The notes: generated by a model not told the origin, from the letters alone. DNA of 64,000 nucleotides from the human T2T-CHM13v2.0 reference genome, Homo sapiens (GCF_009914755.1 NC_060937.1); one strand, 5' to 3'. Shown: positions 35,235 to 51,295, numbered from the stretch's first letter. Made by a program: numbers and translations.

Positions 35235-37614
35235 TGCCTACTCAAGAGTCTTAATTGAACATCAAAATCCTGGTTTTGTTTATAAGGAAAAAAAGTTAAT
35301 GGTGCAACTAGGACTAATTCTTTGATTAATTTTTTAACCACTTCTACTTAGCAAGTATATGAAACACATTAAAGACTGATGCATCTGTTTTGTTTTTGTT
35401 TTGAGATCAGGTAGAAGATCTACAAAACTAGTTGGAGGCTGGAAAGAAATTTCAGATAGTGATACATAGAAATGTTCTGCCTTAACTCTGAATTTTTAGT
35501 CATGAAATAGTGCAAACTCTTAACATTACTTTTGTGGAGCTTTGTAGTCCATAAAAATAACATTGTTGTAGAGCCTCTGTATGCGTCAGCTGTGACTGAG
35601 TGTTTTGATGTCTTAGCAAAAGGCAGAGGAGTGCTTTCCTTTGAAATGTGTGAGGCGGTTTGAGATGCAGCTTCTCAGATGGATTTAATTAGTCCTTCGT
35701 AGAACTGGATGTCCGTTTGTTGCAACTGAATTCTCATTTCATTCATCCATAACTAGAAACACCTCGCTTCAAACGGGTTTCTTCAAAGAAAGAGGGGTTT
35801 AGGGTTCTATGTTGTACTGCTTTTTGATGTTGGTTTCCCTTTAACTGAGAAGACCTTATGTTTATACAACTGTTATTATTAAGAAAACACAGCTTTCTTC
35901 AGCGAGGTTCCTTTTGCATCAGCGCTGGTTCTTGGTGGCAGTCAGAGGTCTGTGGAATGGATCTCTGTCAGACTATCACAGCAGCTGTGTGTTTGCAGAT
36001 TTTGCTTATGAGAGGCATGAACTGAAAATAGGCGTAAACTTGAGTAATTCCCTAAACCCAAAATATAAGATAGAAACCAGTAACTGAATCTGGTAACAGG
36101 GTAGTTGTTTGTTTCAGAAGCTTATATTAACCACAAAAACAAAGTGAATCAACTAACAAGGGTTACCATGACCCAAATAGTAATTGCATTTTGATTCACT
36201 TTGCCTACAGTGCACAGGTCAGGTCTGCTTCTCAATAAATATGTTGAAAGAATGAAATATATCCTTCATAGTAAAATTATGTTTTTTAAAAAATATGTCC
36301 TACTACTAATATTTTTTAAATTATCCCTAAACCTTCACATTTCATTAGAATAGCTACTTCAATTTACTCTGAAAAAACTGCTTTCTTGTCTTTCCAGTTT
36401 GTGTGTCCAGGGTCTGACGTGCTCCATCATCAAGGCAGCTTTTATCTTCTGTGTCCGTGATTCTAATTACATTTCAGGGGGTTGTGATCTCTCCCAGAAT
36501 CCCGTTCATGCATTGTGTTTAGGATGAAATGCTTGAGGGGGTTTGGGGCTGTACACTCATGGGCACAGGTTTGCATATCTAAAACTTTCTTTGCTCTAAC
36601 ATCCTGATTTGTATAAAAATCCTAAAAGCAAATTTCAGACTTCTAATTATTCTTTGCCTTTAAGGAAAGACAAAATTAATTTAGACTGTTCAAGCTTAAA
36701 ATTATCCCAAAGCCACAGATCACACTGAAAACACATAGTAATATAGCCCACAAATTATTTTGGTGTCTTGTTTCCATATTCCATCCAAGAGTCTGTAGAA
36801 TCTGTAGGCTTATATTTCTGTCTTGTTTCTTAGCCATAACTGATCTTTTCCATCTTATTCACCAGACTCAGCACTGCGTAACTGTGGCAATTTCTGAAAC
36901 TCAGTGGCAAGGGATATACCACCATTGAAGAGATTAAAAATAATCAACAAAGGCTTTAAAAAGTTTAAAAAATGTATTTGGAGCAATAATAGCAATAGGT
37001 CAGAAAAAGTTTTCACGGAAAGGGCCAATATACAATTAGGTTTCCATCTCTGTATTCTTGATTGTGTGTTTTATGTCTTGTGACTATCTTGTGGAGTTCC
37101 TAATTTTAAAAGAATTATGGGTGTGGCTCAGGAATATTTTATTACATTTGTGTAAATTAAATAATTTTTTAAAATTATGGATGTGATTTAAATATTCTTT
37201 TAGTGGTTCTGCCTTTGGTACAGTGTTCCATGATTTTGTAATGTTTTTATTTGTTGAAAAAGCTCTAAAAATCTTGGTAGAAATATAGAATCTCAGAAGG
37301 CAGAACATTTGGTAATTATCTTTTATATCAATTTGCAAGACAACTTGTTAGGGAGCCCTATTTCTAGTAGTTGAAGTTAATAAGTAACAAATCACAGCAA
37401 TCACGTTTTTTATCATGCAGAGTGGGCAGTCTTATAAAAAAGAAACGTCAGTCTTTTTGGATATAGGGACACAAGCAATCATAGTTTTCCTCTGTTATCT
37501 TTAGTTTGTAAAAATCAACCTATCTACCATCAGCATTTACCCACAAGGTTTAGTTTGGAGTTACCTAAGGGGATGGTAGAGAAACAATAATTTAACGTTA
37601 TGCTGAAAACAATA

Positions 37615-37935
37615 GTCTCTGAAGATAGAGAAACCTCTGTCACTTACCAGTTGTGTAAAGTTGGAAAAGTTACTTAGCCTCCCTGAACCACTGCAGCAGT
37701 GGTGTTTACCTGAATGTTGGCATAGAGGAAAACCAAGGGTCACGAGGCAGGTGGACTTGAGTTTAAATACCAATCCTGAACCTGCTGGCTGTGGAATCCA
37801 GCAGAAGTTAGTTATCTTTTCTTAGCCTTAGTTTTCCTTATCTGTAGAATAGGGATAGTATTCTCCAGGGTTTTTGTAAAAATTAAATGAGATTTTATAT
37901 AAAGGCTCTAGTACAGTGGCTGATGTAATAAGCAC
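37615..37935 (+). mobile_element. MIR fragments
   Basis: cttagttttccttatctgtagaatagggatagta. Confidence 0.7.
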
Positions 37936-38069
37936 CCCAGAAATGATTTCTCTTCCCTCTAAAACACGGATATTTTGCTTTTTAAAAGAAGCTAAAGTAG
38001 CTTTTACTTTGCAAGCAGTTCTTTTCCATTGTATGAAAAATTCTTGGAAAGTTTTAAAAATAAGACAAA

Positions 38070-38165
38070 AGGGAGCCACAGTGGCCCAGGCCTGTGGTCC
38101 TGGCACATAAGCAGCCGAGGCTAGGCGTTCGAGGTTAGCCTGGGCAATATAGAAACCTCTTATCT
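38070..38165 (+). mobile_element. Degenerate Alu monomer (FAM/FLAM)
   Basis: cagtggcccaggcctgtggtcc...agcctgggcaatatag; flanking aaaaataagacaaaa repeat. Confidence 0.7.
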
Positions 38166-38759
38166 ATATAATAAAAATAAGACAAAAAATAAAATGTGCC
38201 AACATATATTAGCAAGGTTTGTCAGTACTGATTAATATTTTTACATTCTAATATTCTTTGTTAGAATTGTATTTATTTTATGAAGCCCCTTTTGAATCTA
38301 CAGCAGACTACCTGGGAAGTAGTTATAGAGGTCATCATCGTGTCTTGGTGATTCACTTTGGGAAATTTTGTTGAGTGAGGCTGGTGAACCTAGAAAGCTG
38401 CTTCTTCTGCCTCCCCATTTCTGTCCCCAAGGCCCTGCTGTGGTTCAAAAGCCCATATAAACCTGCAGTTTCCCTTTCTTCCACGATAGGGCGCGCACCT
38501 ACACTGTTAGGGTATGGGGCCGACTGGCTCCTGCCCTGTGGGAGGTTTGATCCTTGTCCATTTAGAGGCCCTTCCTTATTCATGGACACTCTACTGAGTG
38601 TCTGTTGCAAACTCCCTGGTATAAACCCCAGACGTCATGGATTTACCACACTAATTATTAGAGTGGCCATTATTTGCAATAAAATAGTGACCCTTGCCAC
38701 TGTGTTTTCCTACCAAATAAACTTACTGACAAGTATCTGCATTGGCTGGGTCGAGGTGT

Positions 38760-38940
38760 CATCAAATCAGCCTAGGTTTGGATGTGCTGTTTTGCTAGCT
38801 GTAGACCCTTGAGCAATTATGTAACTTCTCTGAGTGTCAGATTTGTCATCTATAAAATGTGGTTAGTAACGTCTCCATTGTAGGATCGTTCCTAGGATTC
38901 TGTGAGTGTGATGTATATTAAAATACCTGATTGATATTAG
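38760..38940 (+). mobile_element. MIR
   Basis: aacttctctgagtgtcagatttgtcatctataaaatg. Confidence 0.7.
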
Positions 38941-41559
38941 GGCCTCAGTCATGTTCCTTTCTTTGCTTTAGACTCATTTCTCTGAAAAAGTAATACGATG
39001 TTTATAGTTGGGGAAAAAAACCCAAAGAGCGTTCATAATCTGGATATTACCACTATTGAAATTTCTATTTTGATTCAGTGTTTTTTTTGAAGGTATTCTT
39101 ATTTTTAAGAGAGGGAATTATAAAATATGCCATTTTCTAACTCAGTGTTTAAACCTTAAAAAAAGAGACATTTCTTGAAATGTTAAACCTATGGCTTTGA
39201 GCATGGCTGTGTGTGGCTGTATTTGCTCTTGGCCATATTTATTGTGGCAGCGTGGTAATGGGTTTATGCTTGTTTTATCGCTTGTGGTTTTTATAAAATA
39301 AAAACTGTGTTTGGCTGTGTGACTGTCGTTCAGAACAAGATTAAGGAAACTAGATGGAGATTAAACATAGCACAATCTTCTGTTGTAAATAACCATAGAC
39401 AAACTTGTGAGCAGCTACCAAATTCCCCAGTTGGACAAAAAGTGCTTCTTTTTAGCTTTGAAAACCTAGTGATGATGATTTGAGAACTGGCATAAGTCTC
39501 TTTAATCATTCAGGTTCAGCGTGATTAGAAGAAGAGTTGTTTTAAATGTTTTTGTGATTAGATTTGAAACAAAGCTTAGAAGGATTTATGATTTTGTTTA
39601 CAACCAGCTACGAAAAACACCAAGGAAATGTGAAAGCTGGTAGTAATTGGTGAGCTTGCTGGGAGTGGATGTTGTTTCCAGTAGTGTAACTTAACAAAGA
39701 TTGAAGGAAGCTCCGTGCCATTTTATTTCATACCACTGGTTTAGGTGCATTAATTGATATTTTAACCAAAATTTTAATCTAAATCAAGTCTTTTAGGTTC
39801 AACCTATTCCACTGGGTTTTAAATGATCATATATGCATACCACAGCACATCTCACATTGAGAACGTTACCTCAGTGGGAAGGTTGTTTCATTCTTGGTTG
39901 AGTATAGCATTCCAGCTTGTAATTAAGCTGCAATACAAAAAATATACGCACTTGCTAGAAGGATATTCTTGCTAGCATTCTGTATGTATCATTTGCTTAT
40001 TCAAGCATATAAAACTTCAACAAGAGGAGGTAATTTTGCTTAGATCTCTTGATTTGAATTGTTCCGCTATTTGGCACTGGGTGGAAAAGGGAAAAAAATC
40101 ATATTGAAAGCATTGTTCTGTTAATGAAGTTGCTTGTCCTTTTTTGTGCCAAATTTGGCAGGTAAAATTACCATTTATTCTACTTGCTAGAGCTGGAGAA
40201 TAGACTGTTGAGGAAAAGTAGCAATTTAAGTAATGACACTAGATAGAATGTGCTACATTATATACATCTCCCATACTTTTAGATATTGACATGCAATTTT
40301 TATTTCTCTTTAGTAATGCACTTTGTCTTTAACCACTACATTACTTCCCGTAAGCTCCATCAACTACATGCAATTTGCTTCAGTTGTGAAATTTAAAAAT
40401 TTACTATTAATTATAATAAAGTGAAGCATTTTGATTCAAGAAGAAATTAAAGATTGCTGTATTTTGTTCTGGATATTTCAGAAGTATTGTATTCTTTTTA
40501 ATTCTGAATATTTAACATAAAAAAGATGAAATAGACGCATTGGTTAATTTGAAGAAATACAATCAAATTTGAGGTATTCATGGTTTTTTCCATGTTAAAT
40601 ATGCTTTGCCTATTTATATTTGCCTTAATTTTTGTTTTGTAGAGTATAAAAGAGAAACTTTAAACTCGTATACAAAAATGGGAAAATATCTAAAAATATG
40701 ACTAGGTAGTTTTAAAAATTACTCACGTATTCAAATGAAATGCATAAGTTTAGCATTTGCTAAATTTGAGATATTTTATTTCATATTATTTGTAAATATA
40801 TTTTTGTTTGGCGTGAATTTGTAATTCACTAAGTTTCTTGTAGATTAAATTTTTCTTAGTTGTAAAACTTCAGGCTTAAAAAAAGTATTATTATTGTTAC
40901 AATTTACACTATAATGGCTAAACTTGCCCCTCCTCCTTAAAAGAAATATAAACTAATTTGCAAAAATATATTTTTTGAAAAGCCAATTGGTGAATTTGTA
41001 GACTTGTAAATGTTAATTCAGGAACAGAGTTGAGTATTGCTGGACCTTCTAACCATCACTCATTTCTTTCTGCCCACTAAACTAACTGGTAGGCAGGTGC
41101 AGATGTTACAAAATCTAGCATCGCAATTGACACTAATTGGCATAGTTGTTGGCAGTCTTATCAGAAAGCAAAGGGCTGAATGGTTGAATGGGTTTAGAGA
41201 ACTTGAATGGTAATAAGCATTTTTATATGCATCTTGAATTACTTTTGTGACCCAGACTAACAGGAACACTTTATTCTGACCTCATTCTTCAATGAATAGA
41301 AATTGTAGAAAGCATAATATGCAGTGTATGTGATGACTGATTGTTTTTCAGGTAACCTTTTACAGCTATCTGCTCTGTTGCCTACTTCCTCCCCCCACTA
41401 CCTCCCTTCCCAGTGCTCAGAGAAACCAAAGTACTGTAAATGTGTGGAATAAAAAGGAGATAACAATCATTAATGAATATTGAATTAATTTATTTGAGTG
41501 GTTTGTTGCCAAAAGCTTGAGGATGTCATAAGAGTTAGGCTAAACTTAAGAAAAAGTAT

Positions 41560-41765
41560 TCATTGAATTTATGGATGAAACAAAAGGACGACTGGGACTT
41601 GCTTCTTAATAGTCTTGGAGCAGGTGGGTGAATCAGTGGGGATATGGATAAAACAGGATTGGCTTTGAGTGGATAAGTTTTGAACTTGGGTGATGGATAT
41701 ATAGAGGTTTATTAAACCATTCTTTCTGTTTCTATATATGTTTGCAATTTTCCAGAACAGAAAGG
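41560..41765 (+). mobile_element. L1ME/MC 3' end fragment
   Basis: tgggtgatggatatatagaggtttatt...tatatgtttgcaattttt. Confidence 0.65.
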
Positions 41766-42152
41766 TTGTTTGTTTAGTATGCGGGGTGACTTCACCCTCT
41801 GCTGTTGTCAGGTTTTTTCAATACCTGCCAGTTCCTTTCCAGGATCTGCCTTTTCTCCCCCAGTTCCTTTTATCAAAAAGTACCCATCTAAAGTGAGAAC
41901 TACATCACCTGACAAGCTGTTCTGTGCGCTTATGTATAAATGAGTTATTTTCTAGGCAGTGTGGATTTTAATAGGAGTTTTCTAAAGACACTGCCTTAAT
42001 TAAAGGAATGGCTCTTGGGTTGGGAATTATAGTGTTGGGGTGGGTCTTTGTGTCTATATGTGACTATATGTAGACCACTCTTCACACTTACAGAAGTGTT
42101 AGGTGATAATTTTAGGTGTAATATGATGATTGATCTTAGTTCTTTTTAGTTC

Positions 42153-43063
<911 letters not shown>

Positions 43064-46000
43064 AACTGTTTTTTTGTGTTTTTTTTATTTTTTTTTAATT
43101 GTATCTTGGGAGGCCTTCATGAGTGAATGTAGCTTGCTCATTATTTTTTGTACCATTCCCAGTCATTTTCTACTCATTCCTTTCCTTACTAGTTTTCAGT
43201 TTGGCCATGTTCTGTGTACAATTTCTGGTAAGTGCTACCAAAACCAATATATATTAGACATGCTGTTTTTCAAGACTCCTGAAAAAGTGCCAATCTTATT
43301 CTCCTTTCAGTTTGGGAGCACAGTTTCACAAATAATAGAATAGTCTTACTTTGTTTGCAGAATTAGAAGGATTTATCTAACAACTTGAATAGATAATTTT
43401 TTTTTTGTAGACGTGAAAGTGAAACCTTAGTATTGGGATAGAATTTTAAGTAGCATTTTAAATTTGTTTCAAAATCTTTTCTTATTGCCTGCCTTTCATT
43501 AAATGAGCTATGGTAAGTATGCTGGGGTGTATACGTGTGCGTGGTGATGAGATGTTTACCTCTGTGTGGATCCCTTGTAGATTTTGTATTGTAAAAGTGC
43601 ATAATAGAGTCCTTTATATAGCTGGAATAACTGTAATCTGCTATTGTAAGCATATATGGATTTTTAAATACAACCATTATAATACTTTATAGGACATTAC
43701 AACTGAAAATATTTTGACTTAAAAGTTGCTTTATTAGTCTTACAAAAGCTATGTTGAAGAGTTTTTTGTTTTTTGTTTTTTGTTTTTTTTTTAAAGAACC
43801 ATGTTGTCAGTGGTCAACAATCAAATGTAAAAAACACTTAGCTGGAAAACATCCATTAAGATAATGAAAGTGAGCCACGATGCTTGTGTCAGTTTTTATA
43901 TTTTAGTTTAAAACATAGTTTTTTAGCAATCCTATAATTATAAATATAAGTTAGATTTTCTCTCTAATTTAATTAGATAATTTTTATTTTAATACAATAG
44001 ATACTTATCAAGGATCTGTCGTTCTTCAAGATCAGGGCACTGTGCTGAGTTCTTCATGAGGGCCATGAAGGAATAATGCCCACCCTCACGAACTTCCAGC
44101 CTAGTTTGGAGGTGTTGAGATTAATACAGTAATGATTGTAATATAAGGCTTACTCTGATAAGTACATTGAGATATAAAGTGTTACAGAGATTCAGAGCAA
44201 GGAAAGACCCAGCCCTATTTAGCAGTGGGCAAGGGGTGGTATGGGTGGGTGGTATTGGTAGGGGCAGGGGGGATGAGGCAGAAAATCAAGAGCAAACTGA
44301 ACAAAATGAATAGAATAGGTGTCAGGTCATGGAAGATGGATGGTAGAATTCTGTTAGGCTGAATTGGCTAGTCCAAATTTAAAAAATAGTAGGACTAAAG
44401 TTTAGGATATAGTGCCTGTGCACATTTGCTGAATGTAAGAGAAAGTGGGAAGAAAAATTGAAATGATAGTTAGATTGTGACCATTAGTACAGAAGACCCA
44501 GAGGACCATGTGGAGAACTTAATTTTTTTTTTTTTTTTAATTAAGCAACCAGAAGCCAAGAAGGATTTTGAACTGAGAAAACTTGTAAGACACAGTAAAG
44601 CCACATTTGTAACTGGTCTATCGAAGTGAATACAACTGTAGCAGGTTGGAGATGGGGCTTTGGGAAGGTTTTCTTGTTTGATGGGATTGTCAGTAGTAAA
44701 AGAAATGGGAAGGAAAAGAGTTCACATTCAGCTTAGAAGTTGAGAACAAAATTTGAGGAGATAGATGAGAGAGATGTCAGGTAATAGTTGGGGGTTGGGA
44801 AGGGCCAAACAAACAACACTCAGTTATTGGCATGTGTGTTAGGCCGTTTCTCACACTGCTGTAAAGACATACCTGAGACTGAGTAATTTATAAGAAAAGA
44901 GGTTTTAGTTGGCACATGGTTCTGCAGGCTGTGTAGGAAGCATAGCAGCATCTGCTTCTGGGGAGGTCTCAGGGAGCTTCCAATCACGGTGGAAGGCCAA
45001 AGAGGAGCAGGTGCATCACATGGTGAGAACCACAGTGAGCGGGGGTGGGGATGTGCCACACACTTTTAAATGACCAGATTTCACTAAGGAGATGGCCCAA
45101 GTCATTCATGAGGAATCCACCCCCATTGTTGCAGGACTTTTTCTTGGTTTAGCTAAGGATGGGGTTCTTTGTCCCATGGCCATGAAAATTCAGGCCCACA
45201 GACAATTTGAATGGTGAGTAAGACAGGGTTTTATTGGGTGAAAAGGAAAAAAAACGGGGGAACAGGGACTCTTCAAGGCCAGAGTCCTGCTACAGTGCTT
45301 CCTGCCTGCAGCTTGAATGTTTGGTTCCACACAGGAAGAGGAGGGGCCAGGTTCCTCCCTGCTGCAAACACTGCGAACTTCCTGAGGCCCCACCCCAGTG
45401 CGCAGCTGGTTGGAATTTTTCCAAGAACCCCCTCCCTCCCACCTGGCTGTCTCATTCTCCCCTCTAAAGAAGTACATCTAACTGCCATTAGAATACGGAT
45501 AAGGACAAAGACCGATCTTAACTGCTTCCTGCTGACAGGGGATGCTGTTTTGGGGAAACAGCAGTCAGAGATCCCTCAAAGGCCTATCTAAGCGTTCCCG
45601 GCAGAAGGGGCCGTTGTCAGAGTCTCCAGTTGCATGACCATTTGGAGTTTGATGGCCTGAAGGCAAGAACAGACAAACCGGGTTGTTAGAAAACATGTAT
45701 CAAAAGGAAACCAGAGGACGGGTAAAGATAGCTAAAAAATTAGGCCTTTTACCAGTTTGCACAGGGAGAAGGAGGCCAAAAGCCCGACTGGTCAGGAAAA
45801 CTTCACACTTTTGCTGGCATGTTGGGCTTCTGGGTTCCCTTCCCCTGAGCCCAGTCCTAAGCCAACCCGTTTAAGGTTTGGGAAATTAACTCTTTCCAGC
45901 TTGGAGGATGCATCTGAGGTGAGTGTATCATAGTATAGAGACACAATTACCTATTTGCAAAGAGAGAACTGAGGAGGAGAAAGAAGAAAAGAAGGCGTTT

Positions 46001-47291
46001 TTTTTCAAAGGAGTCCTGGGGGTCCCGGATGCATTCAAAAGGCGTACAAACTGAAGATGAATGGCTACCTATCTAGAAAGAGGGGAGCAGGTGTCCCTGG
46101 TTCCCTTCTCTTCCTAGCAGATACTCAGGGTTAGTGAGGGAGAGAAGAGAGAGCATCCTCTTTCCTTTCTTCTATCCTTGCATCCCTGAATCCCAGCAAC
46201 CTTGGTAGGTGCTGCCATGGCTGTCAAATCAACTTGCACCAGTGAAGCAGGGGGCCTAGGGGGTGAGAATCATCCACTCTTACCCACGTAACGCCCTATC
46301 TCCCCTGCTGTCAGTAGCTTTGAATTCTGTATGCCATGGATACTAATGTGGCCTTTATCCATGAAACAGGAAGCCTTGGGGTTGGCTTAATCAGCAGGAA
46401 TCAGCCACTCTCACCTGTGCTGTGCCTTTTAACCTTGGTGTTGTCATCTGCCTCTGGATCCCTTACATCCAGTTTTCTTTCTAGGGCTTTGACCCGAAGC
46501 TTGGAATTGAGTCGGGAACACAAATGTGTCTCGAGGGGAGTTGTGTGGACTCCTTACCATAAGTGGAATACTAAGGTGAAACTGTGGAACTGAGTCCTCC
46601 TCCAACAAGGGAGAGGAAAGCATGTCTTGTGACACACCCAGATAACTGGTGACTGTAGTTATGCTTGCTAGGATTTGGGTGCATGGTGCTTGGCTTTGGT
46701 TCACTCCCTTGGTCTTACTTTACCCAAAGGAAACCTCGGAGTGATGGGCATCCTATTTATTCCCATCCCCTGGCAGGATTTACAGGATAATTGCTCAGAA
46801 CTAGAATATTGATCCAGACTTTTACATTACCCATCCCTCTTGTTCTTTCTGAGCTGCAGCCAGAGATTGCTGGTTGGTTTACAGGAACAAGCAGGGTTAG
46901 TCTAAAATGTAGGTGAAAACTTAAAAACAACTAGTGAGTTTAGAATTTAATGACAAATGTATGATAAGTTTTGGAACATAATTTCTCTCCAGTCCTCATT
47001 TTTGTTAAACAAAAAAAAATTATGATAGGACTGAGTGGTTTGCAAAGTAGACTTTAGTCTTATTCTTTGCCTGAATATTTGCATAAAATGCAACAAGAAT
47101 AATTATTTCTACATAGGCCTTTTGGATTGGCTTTGATGGATGTCTATTCCACAAGGAATCTCAGATAAGACCTTTTAAGCCGAGCCCAGCCATGGCTTTC
47201 TATCCTCAAATACTTGCGAGTTGGGTGGTCCTCTCCTTTTAAGGTCCCAAGCTAAACTTGGAGCTCCTGGACCTGTTAGGAAGTGACATTC

Positions 47292-47585
47292 TTTTTTTTT
47301 TTTTTTTTTTTTTGAGATGGAGTCTTGCTATGTTGCCAGGCAGGAGTGCAGTAAATCTCGGCTTACTGCAACCTCCAACTCCTGGGTTCAAGTGATTCTC
47401 CTGCCTCAGCCTCCCGAGTAGCTGGAATTAAAGGTGTGCGCCACCATGCCCAGCTAATTTTTGTACTTTTAGTAGAGACAAGATTTCACCATGTTGGCCA
47501 GGATGGTCTCGATCTCTTGACCTCGTGATCCACCCGCCTCGGCCTCCCAAAGTGCTGGGATTACAGGCATGAGCCACTGCGCCCC
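47292..47585 (-). mobile_element. AluS inside the provirus
   Basis: TSD aagtgacatt. Confidence 0.94.
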
Positions 47586-47912
47586 ACCAGAAAGTGACAT
47601 TACTTACTGACCACAGGTCAGTAACCCTTTACAGGGACTGCGTAGACAGGGGTATGAGGCCATTTTCCCCACTGGGCTCTTACTGGCTCTGCAAGTCAAG
47701 ATTCACTCCTTTCACAGTGAAAGCCTTGGTAAAATAACCACTTTCTCCAATTGTGTCCTGTTGCAAAAGAAAAATGGATTCTTACTACACTGATGCAAAC
47801 AACTATTTTGTCATAAGTTAAGAACACTCACAGATAGTTTCCAAATTCTAGAGGAAGCAGGAAGAGAGAAACAAACATGCTCCAAACCTTCATCACAGTA
47901 GTGTATACCTTA

Positions 47913-48296
<384 letters not shown>

Positions 48297-49343
48297 TCAG
48301 CAATATTCCAAGCAAAAGTCAAAAAGGTTGCTTCAGGTTTCTGAGTTCACTCCATTAAGTTCTCTTGTTTTGCTTGATATTTGTGAACACTTCAGCTCTT
48401 TATGAGTCTTGTACTTTTTCCTTTATTTTAATGTTACAATCTTCAAAGTTATTAGAAGCCTGTATTTGAGAGGACCTGTTAAAATTCTATAGCTTATTAT
48501 AAACCATCTTTTGAAAAGGATTAAAACAAGACAACAATTGCTGTGAATAGCTAAATATCCAGGGTAGTTACAGTTAGAAACACAACTGACAAAGAAGTTC
48601 GGTTATCTCCATGGTTTACAATAACTTAACATAACAACCTTAATTATGATTAATAGCATATACTTGGACATTAGAATTTTAGAAATCCCATACAATTTGG
48701 GAACACATATTAGCATTATTCACAAAAATATAACCTAAAGAAGATTGAACATCATTTTGGCAATCCCATGTAAACTAAACATGTTAAATAATCCTGTTTA
48801 CCTCTCTTTCTGGACATTCCAGGGGCCCTCTGGACTATCCGAAAAGCCAGTTGTCAGGAAAGACAATTTTGAAACTGAAGTTTGATTTTGAGAAGGCCGT
48901 TAAACGTTCAAGGTTTAAATACTTTGTGTTATAAAATAGAATTCCAGATTACCATAAATTATTTATTTTGCCAAAGTAATGACTCAGAAGTTTTAAATAA
49001 GTAAAAACCTTTTATAGCCCTTTACGAATTTTGCCAAAGAGCAGATTAGCGCCTTACAAAAACCTTGTTGTGTTTTTATTTCAATGCTCAATCTACAGAA
49101 AAACCATATTATACCTTTTGGAATTTAGTCAATATGTTCACATAGAGAACCTCTTCTGCAAGATTCATTTCCACAATTCTTCCACCACTTGTTTGAACCT
49201 TCAGCTTTTTCCTAATTTAAAACTGTCCTTTAACCTAGACAAAAATTTATATTTCCATGCCTCCTTGTAACCTTTTGCTAAAAAACACATTTTACTGTTC
49301 TTACATACCTTGCATGTAAATCTATTTCCAGTAGTCTTAATTA

Positions 49344-49723
<380 letters not shown>

Positions 49724-50821
49724 CTAAGTGCTGCCAAGGTTTGCCTTCTTAATTAAGAGCATGGTTATATGTCCCCAGCCCTTACCAGTTGTGAAGCCAG
49801 CAAGTCAAATAGTTCTTAAAACTCAAAAAGCAGCTTGTAACCTCAAAATACTTAGCAAACTTTGTATCTGACCTGCATTGTTTAGTCCACCTATTTACAT
49901 TTTGACAACATCTGCTCTTTACCAATAATCCTTAAGGCTGTTTTTGTTTCTCAATGATTAAAGTCACGTGAACTGAAAGGTATCACAGTTTTTATCTTCC
50001 CTTTAAAAAATATTAGATCCAAGTGCTTGTCTTTGTTTAGGCCAAATTAATTAGAGCTCTTTTTACAGATACCACACACAGTATATACACAGACAGGCAA
50101 AAGAAAACCCAGTCACTGGGTGGGGCCCTTTAAGAGACAGGGCTAGGAAGACATGCAGATATGGAACCAGAGAGGGCTCATCCCCTAAGGCAGGATTGCT
50201 AAACAAAGCCTTGCCACTGGAGTTAGAAGCCATGCCCTCAGGATGTAAAACAAGATGGAAGCCTGATTTCACAACCAACACCTTGCAGAGAATACAAACA
50301 GTGATAGTTCCGGGGTGGGGGTCTGGCCTAGTAAAGTGTTTTCTAAAAGAGAAAAAACTTAAAAGTTAACTGTTGACAGGGTAAAGTAGGAAAAAAACAA
50401 CAACAAAACAACAGCAGGTTAAAAAATGCCTAGGAAAGAACCTTTTATTCTCATGCAAGTGGTTCTTTCACCGAGGAGAGAAGCTTAAGCTTAATTACTG
50501 TCCGATGGAGTTGAAACCCTTGGCTGGGGAAGGGGAAGGCTCCAGTGGCTCGTGGCAGAAAATGCCAGCCAGCCACCCCGGGTGCCCTTGGACCATGTGT
50601 CCAAGCCTCAGCAGTGGAGGAGGGAGGTAGGGAGCTGCTGCTCTCTGGTCCCTCCCAAAAAAGGAAGAAAAGGGCTATGGAAAGGTCGGGTTGGTTCTCA
50701 ACCCCTGGGAGCAGCAGGCGGTGGGGGCACAGTTTCCTCCACCCTCAGAAATCTCAGGATAAAAAGGCTTAGGAGCCACAGTGAAAGGTTTTGAGTCCCC
50801 ATTTCACTCACTGCTTCTTGA

Positions 50822-50839
50822 GCCCCACATTGGGCGCCA
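50822..50839 (-). other. Primer binding site complementary to tRNA-Lys(CUU)
   Basis: - strand TGGCGCCCAATGTGGGGC versus the Lys1,2 PBS TGGCGCCCAACGTGGGGC (one CpG transition). Confidence 0.88.
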
Positions 50840-51295
50840 AAAATGGTTCCTGGACTTTTCCTTAGTTCGGCTAAAGATGAGGTTCTTTGTCCCATGGCCA
50901 GAAGAATTCAGGCTTGCAGTTTGAATGGGAGTAAGGCAGGGTTTTATAGGGTGAAAAGGGAAAAAAAGGGGGAACAGGGACTCAGCGAGGCCAGAGTTCC
51001 TGCTAGAGTGCTTCTCACCCACAGCTTAAATTCCTACTTCCACATAGGAAGAGGAGGGGCCAAACGGTGCAGATGGTGAGGACTTCCTGAGGCTCCACCC
51101 CAGTGCACAGGCCAGTTGGAGTTTTTCCAGGGGCCCCTTCCCGCCTGGCTATCTCACCATGATCGGAACACCTCCCACTGGTCCCTACCTCCAGCAGTGG
51201 AGATTACAGTTCAACATGAGATTTGAACAGGGACAACTGTCCAAACTATATCAGTGTGTCTTTTAGAGTTGGCCATTTTTGTCACCCCCACTCGT

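Noticed and set aside
38375-38812. 145-aa ORF
   Set aside because: Non-ATG start, no recognisable domain, ends within a MIR, no clear exon structure.
50822-50839. tRNA-Lys-like sequence
   Set aside because: Only the 3' 18-20 nt next to an LTR; it is a PBS, not a tRNA gene.
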